Shown here: piece by piece, positions 44,265 to 44,385 of the stretch
Layout of the letters: the number at the start of each line of letters is the position of its first letter
Numbering within the stretch: the first letter of the stretch is position 1
The notes under the pieces: generated by a model
What the model was told of the DNA's origin: nothing
What the model saw: the letters and a program-made list of their open reading frames with translations, nothing else
The model's database searches: none
From: Thermotogota bacterium
GTDB taxonomy: Bacteria; Bipolaricaulota; Bipolaricaulia; UBA7950; UBA9294
Length of the DNA stretch: 44,385 bases
NCBI GenBank assembly: GCA_039679545.1
Contig: JBDKUT010000108.1
Span: 1 to 44,385, forward strand
Reading direction: 5' to 3'
Made by a program: the position numbers and the translations under genes

Positions 44265-44385
44265 AGATGCTGTATCGAATGTCAAGTCACCTCCTCGGCC
44301 GGAGCCCTGAACGGCTCGCCACTTTCGTAGATAGCATGCGCCAGCAGTAGAAGCTTCCTGGCTGCGGCGATGCGCGCCACTTTGT
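44265..44385 (-). mobile_element. Right end of an IS110-family element (continues beyond the window)
   Basis: Transposase C-terminus followed by TTGACA-TTCGAT-ACAGCATCT ending in a CT core. Confidence 0.75.
44282..44385 (-). CDS. IS110-family transposase/recombinase, C-terminal fragment
   Basis: Not in ORF track. Manual translation KVARIAAARKLLLLAHAIYESGEPFRAPAEEVT*, matching the A..A.ARKL...Y...F C-terminal motif of IS110. Confidence 0.75.
   Translation of the reverse strand, partial: KVARIAAARKLLLLAHAIYESGEPFRAPAEEVT

Noticed and set aside
1..44385. CRISPR array, rRNA, prophage or anti-phage defence genes
   Set aside because: No repeat-spacer array, rRNA-like sequence or recognisable phage or defence proteins seen

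Overview
GC-rich bacterial chromosome segment, probably from an anaerobe, spanning a probable replication origin. The lineage cannot be fixed without a search; my unverified impression is Bipolaricaulota-like. Left arm: aminotransferase (partial), PAP2, lysS, greA, rnpA, xseAB, trxB, fadD, a small RHH protein, rarA, an ArsB/NhaD transporter and a half-size UPF0016 protein. 11.1-20.9 kb: a 12-gene membrane-bound group 4 [NiFe]-hydrogenase operon with a complex I-like subunit set and its own maturation protease. 21.6-22.2 kb: six tRNAs. 22.4-24.5 kb: dnaA flanked by DnaA-box clusters, with no dnaN. Then hslVU, thrS, metK, a LarA homolog and birA. 32.6-41.9 kb: a PerR-headed oxidative-stress cluster of about 9.3 kb that includes mutM and a 2-oxoacid:ferredoxin oxidoreductase. 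The right end is rearranged: a serine hydrolase sits between intact perR and a frameshifted perR 5' remnant, followed by the right end of an IS110-family (IS621-like, bridge-recombinase type) element that is absent from the ORF track. Several genes appear leaderless. All calls come from reading motifs by eye; no searches were run.
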